From assembly GCA_966211675.1 (NCBI GenBank), contig CBIHPK010000001.1, forward strand, positions 27,814 to 91,813: a stretch of 64,000 nt of DNA, in the 5' to 3' direction. The notes under the pieces are model-generated. The model was not told the origin of the DNA. It ran no database searches and worked only from the letters and a program-made list of their open reading frames with translations. The DNA is from an uncultured Myxococcaceae bacterium. Its GTDB lineage: Bacteria > Myxococcota_A > Polyangia > Polyangiales > Ga0077539. Every line of letters starts with the position of its first letter. The first letter of the stretch is position 1. Shown here one piece after another: positions 54,410 to 63,222 of the stretch. The translations under genes and the position numbers were made by a program.

Positions 54410-55139
54410 AGAGCCGGTGCCCGAAGTTGCGCTCGAGGCGCGCGTCGAAGATCTTCTGCGCGGCGCCCTCGATGTCGTACTCCACGCGCTTGAACTCGAA
54501 CTTCTTCGCGTCCGAGTCGTAGACCACGTAGCTGGCGCGGTTGTCGTAGTCGCGGGGCTGGCCGACGCTGCCGACGGAGACGATGTACTTGCGGTCGGGG
54601 CGCAGCGTGAAGGTCTTGGGCGGGCCCTGGAGCTCGATCACGTCGTCGGCGGAGAGCTCGAAGGCCTTGCAGAGGTGCGAGTGCCCGATGAGCGTGAGGT
54701 GCCCGAGCTCGGGGAAGATGGAGAGGCAGTCGCGCGCCTGCTCGGGGGCGAAGATGTAGTCGAACTCCTCGATGCGCACCGGCGAGCCGTGGCAGAGGTG
54801 CACCCCCGTGTCGCCGACGACGTGCTTGTAGGGGAGCGCCCGGAGCCAGGCGAGGTTCTCCGGGGTGAGCAGCGAGGCGTGGAGGTCGAGCGCCCGGCGC
54901 GCGGCCTCGTAGTAGTAGCTGTAGTCCATGCGGCCCGCGACGGCGGCGTCGTGGTTGCCGAGGATGGTGACCTTGGCGACGCTGCGTACCAGGTCGGAGC
55001 ACTCGTTGGGCGAGGCGCCGTAGCCCACCACGTCGCCGAGGCAATACATCACGTCGGGAGACTCACGCCGGAGCGCCTCTACGACCGCGGAGAGCGCCTC
55101 GATGTTGGCGTGGACGTCGCTGAAGATGCCTATGCGCAT
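54396..55139 (-). CDS. Metallophosphoesterase (calcineurin-like, YfcE/MJ0936-type)
   Basis: MRIGIFSDVHAN, CLGDVVGYG, GNHD and GHSH motifs. ATG 55157 is an alternative start. The 3' end overlaps the previous gene by 14 nt in convergent orientation. Confidence 0.85.
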   Translation of the reverse strand: MRIGIFSDVHANIEALSAVVEALRRESPDVMYCLGDVVGYGASPNECSDLVRSVAKVTILGNHDAAVAGRMDYSYYYEAARRALDLHASLLTPENLAWLRALPYKHVVGDTGVHLCHGSPVRIEEFDYIFAPEQARDCLSIFPELGHLTLIGHSHLCKAFELSADDVIELQGPPKTFTLRPDRKYIVSVGSVGQPRDYDNRASYVVYDSDAKKFEFKRVEYDIEGAAQKIFDARLERNFGHRLFIGV

Positions 55140-55212
55140 GAAGGGGAGGAGGGGCATCCTAGGGAGCCGCGGGGCGCGTGTCCACCGCCGTCTTCGCCCG
55201 AACGTCGCGACG

Positions 55213-57666
55213 CTACCGGCCGGCGATCTCCCCGGCGCGGCGCAGCAGCGGGCCAATGGCCCGCTCGATCTCCGTGTCCCCTCGGCCTTCGCGCAGCGCC
55301 GCGGTCCAGCGCTGCACCTCGTCCTGAAGCGCCAGCGCCCGGGTCGCGCCCTGAGCGAAGAGGGCTTCGGCGCCCTGACGGGCTCGCTCCATCTCCTTGG
55401 CCCCGCCCTGCGCGACCGCGTGCGCGAGGACCCACGCGAGCCGATCGACCGGGGCCCCCTCCGGGCTCCGCACCGCGCGCACCAGCGCCGGGCCGAAGCT
55501 CCCCGCGGCCCAGCCCATCAGTCGCCACGCCTCCTCCTGGGGGGAGAGCGCGCGCTGCACCAGCGGGGTGAGGGCGCGTCGCAGCTTGAGCAGCCCCGCC
55601 ACCGTCGCGCCGAGGCCCACCAGCGCCGGGCGCGGCGAGGAGAGCAGCTCGACCCAGAGGTCCGTGAGCGCGTCGCCGTGCGCCAGCAGCTCCGCCGCGA
55701 GCCGCACGCACTCCGCGGCGGGCAGGCGGTGCAGCGCGAGGCGCAGCGCGGGGATGTGCGAGGGCGCCTCGCTCCCCGCGAGCGAGCGGGCGACGTCCCA
55801 GCGAACCGCGGGGTGGGTGATCCAGCCCAGGCGCTCGCCGAGGTCCATCGAGGCGATGGACGAAGGGGCGGCGCGATCGTCCGGGGGCGCGATGGAGCTG
55901 GGGTCGTCCGGGTCCCACACCGCGGCGACCGCGGCGCGCACGGTGCCGTCGATGGGAAGCTCCAGCCGCCGCGCGGCCTCCAGCAGGGGGCCCCACGCCA
56001 CCGAGGCGTCGGCGCGGCTGCGTCCGATGGTGGCGATGCCCGCGTCGACCGAGCGGCGGTAGGCCTGCATCCCCCGCGTGACCAGCGTGGCCTCGTCGGG
56101 CACCACGCCCGCGCGTATCGCCCGCTCCACATAGCTCCGCGGCAGCGCCGCCCCCACCCGCAGCGCCGCCAGGATGAGCCGCTTCGCCGCGGCCTCGATC
56201 TGCGCGACCGGCACCCCCGTGGTGAGCGACGCGCGCGCCACCCGCTCGGCCTCGAGGAGCGGCTCGTACGCGGCCAGCGCTCGGGTCACGCCCGCCGCCG
56301 TCGACAGGTCGCGCTCGTCGTCCGGCAGCGCCGCGCTCGCGTCGACCTCGCTCGCCACGCCCTCTCGCAGCAGCTTCGAGGACTCGGCGGTGATCGCCTC
56401 GTCGACGGCCGCCCGCTCGCCGAGCACCTCCAGCGCGCGCTGCGCCACGGGCTCGCACGGAGCGCCCAGCACGTGGCTCGCGATCGAGCGGCCGGTCACG
56501 CTCACCACCTCCACCCGCACGCGGAAGACCCGCGCCAGGGACTCGAGCACCGCGCGGTCCTCGGGGCTGCGCAGGTCGAGCACCACGCGCGCGATGGTCT
56601 CCGAGTCTCCGCGGAGCAGCGCCAGCAGCGCCAGCGGCTGCGTCCCGTCGGCCGCGACCTGCACCCGCACGGAGACGTCGTCGCCGCTCACGACGATGGC
56701 CGTCTCGCTCGTGCCGGGGCACCAGAGGCGCACCGTGCCGTCGACCACCGCGGCCCACGGCGTGGTGCTGCGCGGCGACGGGCGCATGAGCTCCTCCGGG
56801 GGCGGCGCGGAGAGCATCTCCTCGACCGGCGACACCTCCTCGGCGGCGAGCTCGTCGGGCTCGGGCTCGATCTCCGCCTCGTCGGCCGCGGGCTCGGAGC
56901 GCGGCAGCGAGAGCCGGCCGGTGAGCTCGTCGGGCTCCAGCTCCATGCTGTCGTCGCTCGCGTGCGAGGCGGCGGTCGGGACGGCGACCTCCGGCTCGAT
57001 CACCATCGAGGGCTCGGCCTCGGGCGCCTCGCGCTCCGCGGCGGCGGCCTCTTCGCGCACCCGCAGCTTGGCCTCTCGGGCGGAGAGCGCGGCCATGTTG
57101 GCGCGCATCGCGAGCTCCTCCTGCGCGACGGACTCCTCGCGGGCGGTGAGCGCGTCCTCGCGAACGAGGGCGTCGCTCTCGCGGCGGGTGACCTCCTCCG
57201 CGCGGCGGCGGACGCGCTCCTCGCGGGCGGCGAGGTCGTCGCGGGCGGCGCGCTCGTCCGGCTCCTCCATCCAGCGGCGCAGGCCCGCGGCGCCGAGGAC
57301 GGTGCGCGCCTCGCGGACATACGCCGGGAGCGGCTCGGTGGTGTCGGCGGCGAGGCCCGTGAGCATCTCGGCGCGAAGGGTGAGCTCGCGGTGCGCGAGG
57401 CCCGCGGGGATCACCAGCGCGAAGCGCCGCGCCCCCGGGTCATGGAACACGAAGGGCACCGCGAGGTCGTGGTCGCCATGCCGGTGGAGGGTGCCCTCCA
57501 GGGCCTGTCGCGCGAGGACCGGGTCGGTGACCGCGTTGACGCCTCGCACGATCTCGACGCGACGGGCGCCGCCCTCGGGCGTCGGGACGAACACCACCTC
57601 GCGGCGGGTCGATCCCAGGGTTCCTGTGTAGGGCGGGTCGGTGAGGGAAAAGCTGCGTGCGGCCAT
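55213..57666 (-). CDS. Large hypothetical protein (817 aa): CpXC-like N-terminal domain without cysteines, charged coiled coil, acidic linker, helical-repeat C-terminus
   Basis: ATG 57666 is preceded by GAAGGG 6 nt upstream (the track ORF begins at GTG 57672). Ordinary composition throughout. See findings for domain reasoning. Confidence 0.75.
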   Translation of the reverse strand: MAARSFSLTDPPYTGTLGSTRREVVFVPTPEGGARRVEIVRGVNAVTDPVLARQALEGTLHRHGDHDLAVPFVFHDPGARRFALVIPAGLAHRELTLRAEMLTGLAADTTEPLPAYVREARTVLGAAGLRRWMEEPDERAARDDLAAREERVRRRAEEVTRRESDALVREDALTAREESVAQEELAMRANMAALSAREAKLRVREEAAAAEREAPEAEPSMVIEPEVAVPTAASHASDDSMELEPDELTGRLSLPRSEPAADEAEIEPEPDELAAEEVSPVEEMLSAPPPEELMRPSPRSTTPWAAVVDGTVRLWCPGTSETAIVVSGDDVSVRVQVAADGTQPLALLALLRGDSETIARVVLDLRSPEDRAVLESLARVFRVRVEVVSVTGRSIASHVLGAPCEPVAQRALEVLGERAAVDEAITAESSKLLREGVASEVDASAALPDDERDLSTAAGVTRALAAYEPLLEAERVARASLTTGVPVAQIEAAAKRLILAALRVGAALPRSYVERAIRAGVVPDEATLVTRGMQAYRRSVDAGIATIGRSRADASVAWGPLLEAARRLELPIDGTVRAAVAAVWDPDDPSSIAPPDDRAAPSSIASMDLGERLGWITHPAVRWDVARSLAGSEAPSHIPALRLALHRLPAAECVRLAAELLAHGDALTDLWVELLSSPRPALVGLGATVAGLLKLRRALTPLVQRALSPQEEAWRLMGWAAGSFGPALVRAVRSPEGAPVDRLAWVLAHAVAQGGAKEMERARQGAEALFAQGATRALALQDEVQRWTAALREGRGDTEIERAIGPLLRRAGEIAGR

Positions 57667-57748
57667 CTGCACCCTTCAGCCTCAGGTGCGTATCACGACG
57701 CCGGGGCCCTTGGCGATCGGCCTTCGCGCGTCGTATGCCGACGGCCCA

Positions 57749-58345
57749 ATGGACTTCAGGGACTTCCAGCCCGAGGGCACCCCCGAGCACGTTCGCGACC
57801 TTGCGGTGGCCTGCGTGCAGTTCGTCGAGCGCGCGACCGGCGTGCTGCTCGACTTCACCAGCGACACGCTCCCGCTGCTCGACCACTACCTCCGCTCGGT
57901 GGGCACGAGCCAGCCGGAGATCCGCGGCCTCGTCGCCCCCGCGGCGGGAGCGTACTTCGGCGAGGTGGTGCGCCGGGTCTATCCCGCGCGCTGGCACGCG
58001 CCGCAGGACGACCACGCGGCGTGGCGCATCGAGTTCGAGACCTGCTTCCTGTTCTTCAACCCGGTGGCCTTCGCGCTCGAGGCGATCGACGGGCACGAGG
58101 CGGTGGAGGGCGGCGCGGGCTTCGGGGTGAGCAACGAGGAGCGCGGCCACCTCGTGCTGGCGCTGGAGGTGCTCGGGACGCTCCCGGAGGACGAGTACTA
58201 CCTGCTCTCGACGCGCTTCGACGTGCTGGAGAGCGTGGTCGATCGGCTGATGGGCGGGGCGGACAAGGAGTTTCCGGGGCAGGTGAGGCTGAGCGCCCAG
58301 GCCTATCGGGCGGCGCTCGATCCGCCCGGCGATCGGAGCAACTGA
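57749..58345 (+). CDS. Hypothetical protein (198 aa)
   Basis: Internal start MDFRDFQPEGTPEHV. Ordinary composition. Divergent from the 817-aa gene. Confidence 0.6.
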   Translation: MDFRDFQPEGTPEHVRDLAVACVQFVERATGVLLDFTSDTLPLLDHYLRSVGTSQPEIRGLVAPAAGAYFGEVVRRVYPARWHAPQDDHAAWRIEFETCFLFFNPVAFALEAIDGHEAVEGGAGFGVSNEERGHLVLALEVLGTLPEDEYYLLSTRFDVLESVVDRLMGGADKEFPGQVRLSAQAYRAALDPPGDRSN

Positions 58346-58349
58346 GGCC

Positions 58350-58682
58350 TTACTCCTCGGGCAGCGACGCGCCCATCCGGCGGAGCAGTCCGCCGAGAGT
58401 GGGGTCGCTGCCGAGCAGGTCGCGCATCCGAGACTCGATCTGCGGGCGCATGGTCGGGGGGACGCCCGCGCGCTGCATGGCGAGGGTGGTGAGCTGACGG
58501 ACGGCCTCGTCGGGGGTGATCCGCCCCTCGCGGAGCGCGGTGACGACGGCCTCCGAGGGGGCGGTGGCGGCGGTGCTGGGGGCGGTGCCCGTGGCGGGCG
58601 CCGTGGGCGCTGCGGGCGAGGCGTCGCCGAGCGCATCGACGGGGCTGGTGGCGTTAGTGCCAGTGGGTTTGATGTTGCTCAC
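58350..58682 (-). CDS. Small hypothetical protein (110 aa), Ala/Pro/Thr-rich N-terminal half and helical C-terminal half
   Basis: GTG at 58682 (VSNIKPTGTN) with GAGGGA about 12 nt upstream. The upstream part of track ORF 58350..58889 is R/P-rich junk. Confidence 0.45.
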   Translation of the reverse strand: MSNIKPTGTNATSPVDALGDASPAAPTAPATGTAPSTAATAPSEAVVTALREGRITPDEAVRQLTTLAMQRAGVPPTMRPQIESRMRDLLGSDPTLGGLLRRMGASLPEE

Positions 58683-58846
58683 GACGACGTAGGGTCCCTC
58701 TCTGCGCTCCGCCGACACGCTACGACCCGGGGAACCATCCCCGCAACCGCCGGCACCAGCGCGTGGTCGGCGTGTCGTGCGACCGCGAGAGGGAGGTTGC
58801 GGCGGCGGGGCGTTTGCGGCATCCACCCTGACGGTCAAACTCCCCA

Positions 58847-59422
58847 ATGGGCGACACGAGCGACGAGGCGGCGGAGGCGCTGCGGGCATTCCTTCGGGCG
58901 CTGGGGCTTCCGGTCGACACCGACCCGGAGCTCTGCGGTACGCCCGAGCGGGCCTCGCGCGCCTGGCGAGAGGAGCTTCTCGACGGCTACCAGCGCACGG
59001 CCGCGGAGGTGCTGGCCGAGGCGCTCCCGTCGAGCGAGCGCTCGATGGTGGTGCTCGCCCACGTCACCTTCGCGTCGATGTGCCCGCACCACCTGCTGCC
59101 GAGCGCGGGGCGAGCGACGCTGGGCTACCTGCCCGGGGGGCGCATCGTCGGCCTCGGCGCGCTGGTGCAGCTGATCGAGTGCTTCGCCCACCGGCTGGTG
59201 CTCCAGGAGACCCTCGGTCGGCAGGTGGCCGAGGCGCTGGTCGAGCACCTCGGGGCGCGCGCCGCGGGCGTCGTGCTGGAGGGACGGCACGCGTGCCTCT
59301 CGCTGCGAGGAGAGCGGCAGTCCGAGGGGGTGGTGGTGACGCAGTCCTTCGCGGGCCTGTGGGCGGACGACATGACGGCGCGGCGGGAGTTCCTCGACGC
59401 GGCGGGCGGGGCGGCGCGGTGA
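58847..59422 (+). CDS. folE: GTP cyclohydrolase I
   Basis: TPERASRAW, SMCPHHLLP and QERLT-like QETLGRQVAEAL motifs. 191 aa. Confidence 0.9.
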   Translation: MGDTSDEAAEALRAFLRALGLPVDTDPELCGTPERASRAWREELLDGYQRTAAEVLAEALPSSERSMVVLAHVTFASMCPHHLLPSAGRATLGYLPGGRIVGLGALVQLIECFAHRLVLQETLGRQVAEALVEHLGARAAGVVLEGRHACLSLRGERQSEGVVVTQSFAGLWADDMTARREFLDAAGGAAR

Positions 59423-60048
59423 GCCCGATGGAGGCGGTGCCGGTGTTCCCGCTGCCCGGGGCGGTGCTGCTGCCCGAGCAGCGAATGCCGCTGCACATCT
59501 TCGAGCCGCGCTACCGGGCGATGGTGCGCGACTCGCTCTCCTCGCACGGCTGGCTGGTGGTGTGCCCCATCGTGGGCGACCCGGAGGCCGAGCCCCCAGC
59601 CTTCGCGACCATCGCGACGGCGGGGCGCATCGTGGCGCACCAGGCGCTGCCCGACGGGCGCTTCCACATCCTGGTCGAGGGGATGGTGCGGGTGCGTCTG
59701 GAGGAGCTTCCCTTCGTGCCGCCGTACCGTCGGGCGAGGGCGACGGCGATCGCCGAGCCCGACGACGTGGAGGTCGCTCCCGTGGAGCGGGCGGCGATGC
59801 TCTCGACGCTGGCGTCGGTGATGCGCGTGGCGAAGGAGACGAGGCCGCAGTTCGAGTACGCGGTGCCGACGGAGCTTCCCTCGTCGCGGCTGGCGCTGCG
59901 GCTGGTCGACCGCTTCGTCCTCGACGCGGCGACGCGGCAGCGGGTGCTGGAGGCCGAGCGGGGCATCGACCGTGTCACGCTCGCCACGGAGGCCCTGGCC
60001 GACCTCTGGACCGCGGGAGAAACCTTGCGCGCGGTGGGCTCCGCGTAG
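59419..60048 (+). CDS. LON N-terminal (substrate-binding) domain protein
   Basis: VPVFPLPGAVLLPEQRMPLHIFEPRYRAMV is the Lon N-domain signature. The GTG at 59419 overlaps the folE stop as GTGA; ATG 59428 is an alternative. Confidence 0.8.
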   Translation: MSPMEAVPVFPLPGAVLLPEQRMPLHIFEPRYRAMVRDSLSSHGWLVVCPIVGDPEAEPPAFATIATAGRIVAHQALPDGRFHILVEGMVRVRLEELPFVPPYRRARATAIAEPDDVEVAPVERAAMLSTLASVMRVAKETRPQFEYAVPTELPSSRLALRLVDRFVLDAATRQRVLEAERGIDRVTLATEALADLWTAGETLRAVGSA

Positions 60049-60092
60049 AAGAAGAGGGCGCCGCGAGGGCGGCGTCGAGGAGGAGAGTAGGG

Positions 60093-60578
60093 ATGCCGTC
60101 GTTTGATGTCGTGTCGAAGATCAATCAGCCCGAGGTCGACAACGCGCTGCTGCAATCGCAGAAGGAGATCGCGACGCGCTACGACTTCAAGGACACGGGC
60201 ACGTCCATCGAGCGCCACGCCGAGGGGATCGTGATCGTCGCGAACAGCGAGGGGCGCGTCGAGGCGGCCTACGAGGTGCTGTTCGGCAAGATGGTGAAGC
60301 GAGGCGTGTCGCCCAAGCAGCTCGACCCGCAGGAGGCGAAGCCCGCGGGGCAGCGCACCTTCCGTCAGCTCGTGAAGTTCAAGGAGGGCATCGACCGCGA
60401 GAACGCCAAGAAGGTCATCGAGCTGGTGAAGGAGTCCAAGCTCAAGGTGCAGGCATCGATCCACGAGGACACGGTGCGCATCACCGGCAAGAACCGCGAC
60501 GACCTGCAGAGCGCGATGAAGATGCTCAAGGCCGCCGACCTGGCCTTCGAGGCGCAGTACAACAACTTCCGCGAGTAG
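60093..60578 (+). CDS. yajQ: YajQ-family (UPF0234) nucleotide/c-di-GMP-binding protein
   Basis: MPSFDVVSKINQPEVDNALLQSQKEIATRYDFK and KVQASIHEDTVRITGKNRDDLQ are typical. AGGAGGAGAG RBS upstream. 161 aa. Confidence 0.9.
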   Translation: MPSFDVVSKINQPEVDNALLQSQKEIATRYDFKDTGTSIERHAEGIVIVANSEGRVEAAYEVLFGKMVKRGVSPKQLDPQEAKPAGQRTFRQLVKFKEGIDRENAKKVIELVKESKLKVQASIHEDTVRITGKNRDDLQSAMKMLKAADLAFEAQYNNFRE

Positions 60579-60608
60579 GCTCTCTCCCCCCCACCGATGC
60601 GGTGACGA

Positions 60609-61133
60609 TCAGGCGCGCTCCTCGGCGGTGAAGCGATCGCCGAGCCGCGACCGCAGCGACTGCACGAGCCGGTTGTACTCGCTCGACGGGACGGCCTTCG
60701 TCCCGAGGGCGTGCTCGGTGAGCATGCGCTCGCCGGGGAAGTGCAGGACCGACGAGTGGATCCACCCTCCGCGCTCGCTCGGCGTGCGGGTGGTGATCTC
60801 CTGCACGGCGGTGAGCTCGGCCAGCGGAAGCTCCCAGAGGAGCTTCGTCTCGCGGCGGGATCCGAAGGCGACGTCCTGCTCGGTGAGGCGGACGTGGCCG
60901 CCGTCGATCACGAGCCGCACCTCGGTCACGAAGAACGCATAGAACGCCGCGGCCAGTGCGACCACGAGCAGCACGCCGACGGTCGTGGGCAGGGTGCCGA
61001 GCGAGTCGCGCAGCAGCGAGCCGACGCCCATCACGGGGAAGACGCACAGCAGCACGAGGACCGAATAGAAGGCGCCCGAGCGAGTGCGGTGCACAAACGC
61101 TTCGACTGAGCTCATGGCGCGCGAGGATCGCAT
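60609..61133 (-). CDS. Hypothetical membrane protein (two TM helices plus a cytoplasmic beta-rich domain)
   Basis: Hydrophobic segments FYSVLVLLCVFPVMGV and VGVLLVVALAAAFYAFFV. ATG 61115 is an alternative start. Confidence 0.6.
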   Translation of the reverse strand: MRSSRAMSSVEAFVHRTRSGAFYSVLVLLCVFPVMGVGSLLRDSLGTLPTTVGVLLVVALAAAFYAFFVTEVRLVIDGGHVRLTEQDVAFGSRRETKLLWELPLAELTAVQEITTRTPSERGGWIHSSVLHFPGERMLTEHALGTKAVPSSEYNRLVQSLRSRLGDRFTAEERA

Positions 61134-61254
61134 GGGCGCGCGTCATCGTCGCTCCGCTCGGTCCGTGACGAGGCTCCGGGGGTCGGGGTAGCGTCGCTCC
61201 AGACGCTGGGCCCAGCAGAGGGCGCCCGGCAACCTCCAGAGCGGGAACACGAGC

Positions 61255-62472
61255 ATGACGACGACATCGACAGGACCTCGCGCGACCCGTCGGATCGCCC
61301 TCCTGGTGGCCGCGGGCGCGCTGCTGGTCGGGTGCCCGACGGCCCCGGTCCCGCTGCCTCCCTCGGGCTGCGTGCCGGGCGCTTCCAGCGCGTGCGTCTG
61401 CGTCGGAGGAGGAGCCGGCGCCCAGCTCTGCCTGGCCGATCGGACCTTCGGGGCGTGCCTGTGCGGCGACGCCAGCGCGCTGGACGTCTCCTCGGGCGAT
61501 GCGCTGGAGGCCGATGCTGGGACGGCCGATGCTGGGACGGCCGAGGCGGGCACGGCCGATCTCGGCGCTACAGACGTCGGCCTGCCCGCCCTCGACGCGG
61601 GCGCCCCGGACACGGGCCCTGCCGACGTGGCCACGACGGAGGTCGGCGTGGTCGACGCCGGGGCCCCGGACGCCGGGGTCGTAGATGTCGGGACGGTCGA
61701 CAGCGGGACCTCGGGGACCGACGTGCTCCCGGCGGGCTGCGCGTCGACGACGACGGGCAACTGCTGCGGGGTGGCCTGCCCGACGCCCCCTCACGCCACC
61801 GCGGCCTGCGGGGGCGGCGCGTGCGGGGTCGGCGTGTGCCTCGATGGCTACGCGGACTGCGATGGCAACGCGGCCAACGGCTGCGAGTGCCGGCCCGCCA
61901 ACGGCACCGGGACCTGCGCCGCGGGAGCCTGCGCCGTCCGCGCGTGCTTCGCGGGCTACGGCGACTGCGACCACGCGGCGGGCAACGGGTGCGAGTCGCT
62001 GCTCGCCTCCGACGCCGCGAACTGCGGGGCCTGCGGAGCGCCCTGCGCCTCGGGGCGCGCTTGCGTCTCGGGGGCCTGCGTCCTCTGCGCGAGCGGGCAG
62101 ACGGTGTGCCCCGGCGCGTGCGTCGACACGCAGACCAACGCCGCCAACTGCGGGGCGTGCGGCCACGCGTGCGCCGCGGGGCAGGTCTGCACCGCCGGAG
62201 CCTGCGTCACCCCCTGCACGCTCGCCCACCTCGCGCGCTGCACCCGCGGCGCGGCGGCTCCGGCCTGCTGCCCGAGCGGCAACATCTGCGAGATGACCGC
62301 GTACAGCTCCGCGGCGTGCTGCGTCCTCGCGCAGAGCGCGTGCACGTCGCTCGCGGACTGCTGCTACGGCGTCCCGTGCAACGACGGCCGCTGCTGCGTG
62401 CGCCCGGGCGGGTGGTCGCCCAACGACGAGACGTGCTGCAGCCGGACCCGCACCGGCACCACCTGCCGGTAG
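61255..62472 (+). CDS. Second cysteine-rich repeat lipoprotein
   Basis: RRIALLVAAGALLVGC carries a lipobox. An acidic D/A/G/T spacer. Modules CDGNAANGCEC, CDHAAGNGCE and NCGACG..C, then a distinct C-terminal Cys-dense segment (CC pairs). Confidence 0.8.
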   Translation: MTTTSTGPRATRRIALLVAAGALLVGCPTAPVPLPPSGCVPGASSACVCVGGGAGAQLCLADRTFGACLCGDASALDVSSGDALEADAGTADAGTAEAGTADLGATDVGLPALDAGAPDTGPADVATTEVGVVDAGAPDAGVVDVGTVDSGTSGTDVLPAGCASTTTGNCCGVACPTPPHATAACGGGACGVGVCLDGYADCDGNAANGCECRPANGTGTCAAGACAVRACFAGYGDCDHAAGNGCESLLASDAANCGACGAPCASGRACVSGACVLCASGQTVCPGACVDTQTNAANCGACGHACAAGQVCTAGACVTPCTLAHLARCTRGAAAPACCPSGNICEMTAYSSAACCVLAQSACTSLADCCYGVPCNDGRCCVRPGGWSPNDETCCSRTRTGTTCR

Positions 62473-62523
62473 GGGCGACGGCGCGCACCGATCCGCCGGA
62501 AACACCCGCTCTCCGCGGCGTCG

Positions 62524-63222
62524 GTGGTAGCCCATCGCCCGATGATGCCCATGGCCCACGAGCGCGCCCTCACCGTCTCCCCCACCGCCGATCCGACCCG
62601 CGTGCGCACCCCCGAGGGCGTCGTGCTCGCGGCGCCGCCCGGCTGGGCGCTGCTGCCGCCGGGAGACGCCGGTCTTACCCGCCGCGTAAAGGCCGCCGGC
62701 CCCGCGTGGACCGTCGTCGAGCGCAAGGGCAACAAGAACTTCTCACGCGGCGTGTGGGCCCCCGCGGCGCACATCGAGGCCGCCCGCGGCGACCTGGGCG
62801 TCGAGCGCGCGAAGCCCTCCTACGCCCGCCGCCTCGCCGCCGACGCGAAGCGCCGCGAGGTCGCCCAGGGCGAGTACGTCGCGACCTTCGAGGCCGAGGT
62901 GCTGGCCTTCCTTCGCTTCGCGCCCGCCTGGGCGGAGAAGGGCCGCGCGCTCGCCCGCGCGGTCACCGCCCACGCCACCCCGGTGGGCAGCGGAACCGTC
63001 GCCCGCACCGAGCGCATCCCCGTCGCCCAGCGCGCCGAGAGCGCGGTCATCGCGTGGATGCGCCACCAGACCACCGCCTACGACTCGATGACCATCGCCC
63101 GCGTGAAGGGCGAGCGCCGCGCCGTGCGCCGCCAGCTCGCGGAGATCGCCCGCGCCGTGCTCGACCTGCACCGCCGTGACGTCCCCCATGGCCCGACCTG
63201 CCCGCTCTGCCGCGCGCTCTGA
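62524..63222 (+). CDS. DUF2293-like protein
   Basis: The C-terminal half AVIAWMRHQTTAYDSMTIARVKGERRAVRRQL resembles the DUF2293 core. The start is uncertain (GTG 62524; ATGs at 62542 and 62551). Confidence 0.6.
   Translation: MVAHRPMMPMAHERALTVSPTADPTRVRTPEGVVLAAPPGWALLPPGDAGLTRRVKAAGPAWTVVERKGNKNFSRGVWAPAAHIEAARGDLGVERAKPSYARRLAADAKRREVAQGEYVATFEAEVLAFLRFAPAWAEKGRALARAVTAHATPVGSGTVARTERIPVAQRAESAVIAWMRHQTTAYDSMTIARVKGERRAVRRQLAEIARAVLDLHRRDVPHGPTCPLCRAL

Noticed and set aside
58350-58682. Idea that the small Ala/Pro/Thr-rich protein is a FlgM-type anti-sigma factor
   Set aside because: It is based only on size and a helical C-terminus. I could not identify a diagnostic motif and there are no flagellar genes nearby. 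I left it as hypothetical.
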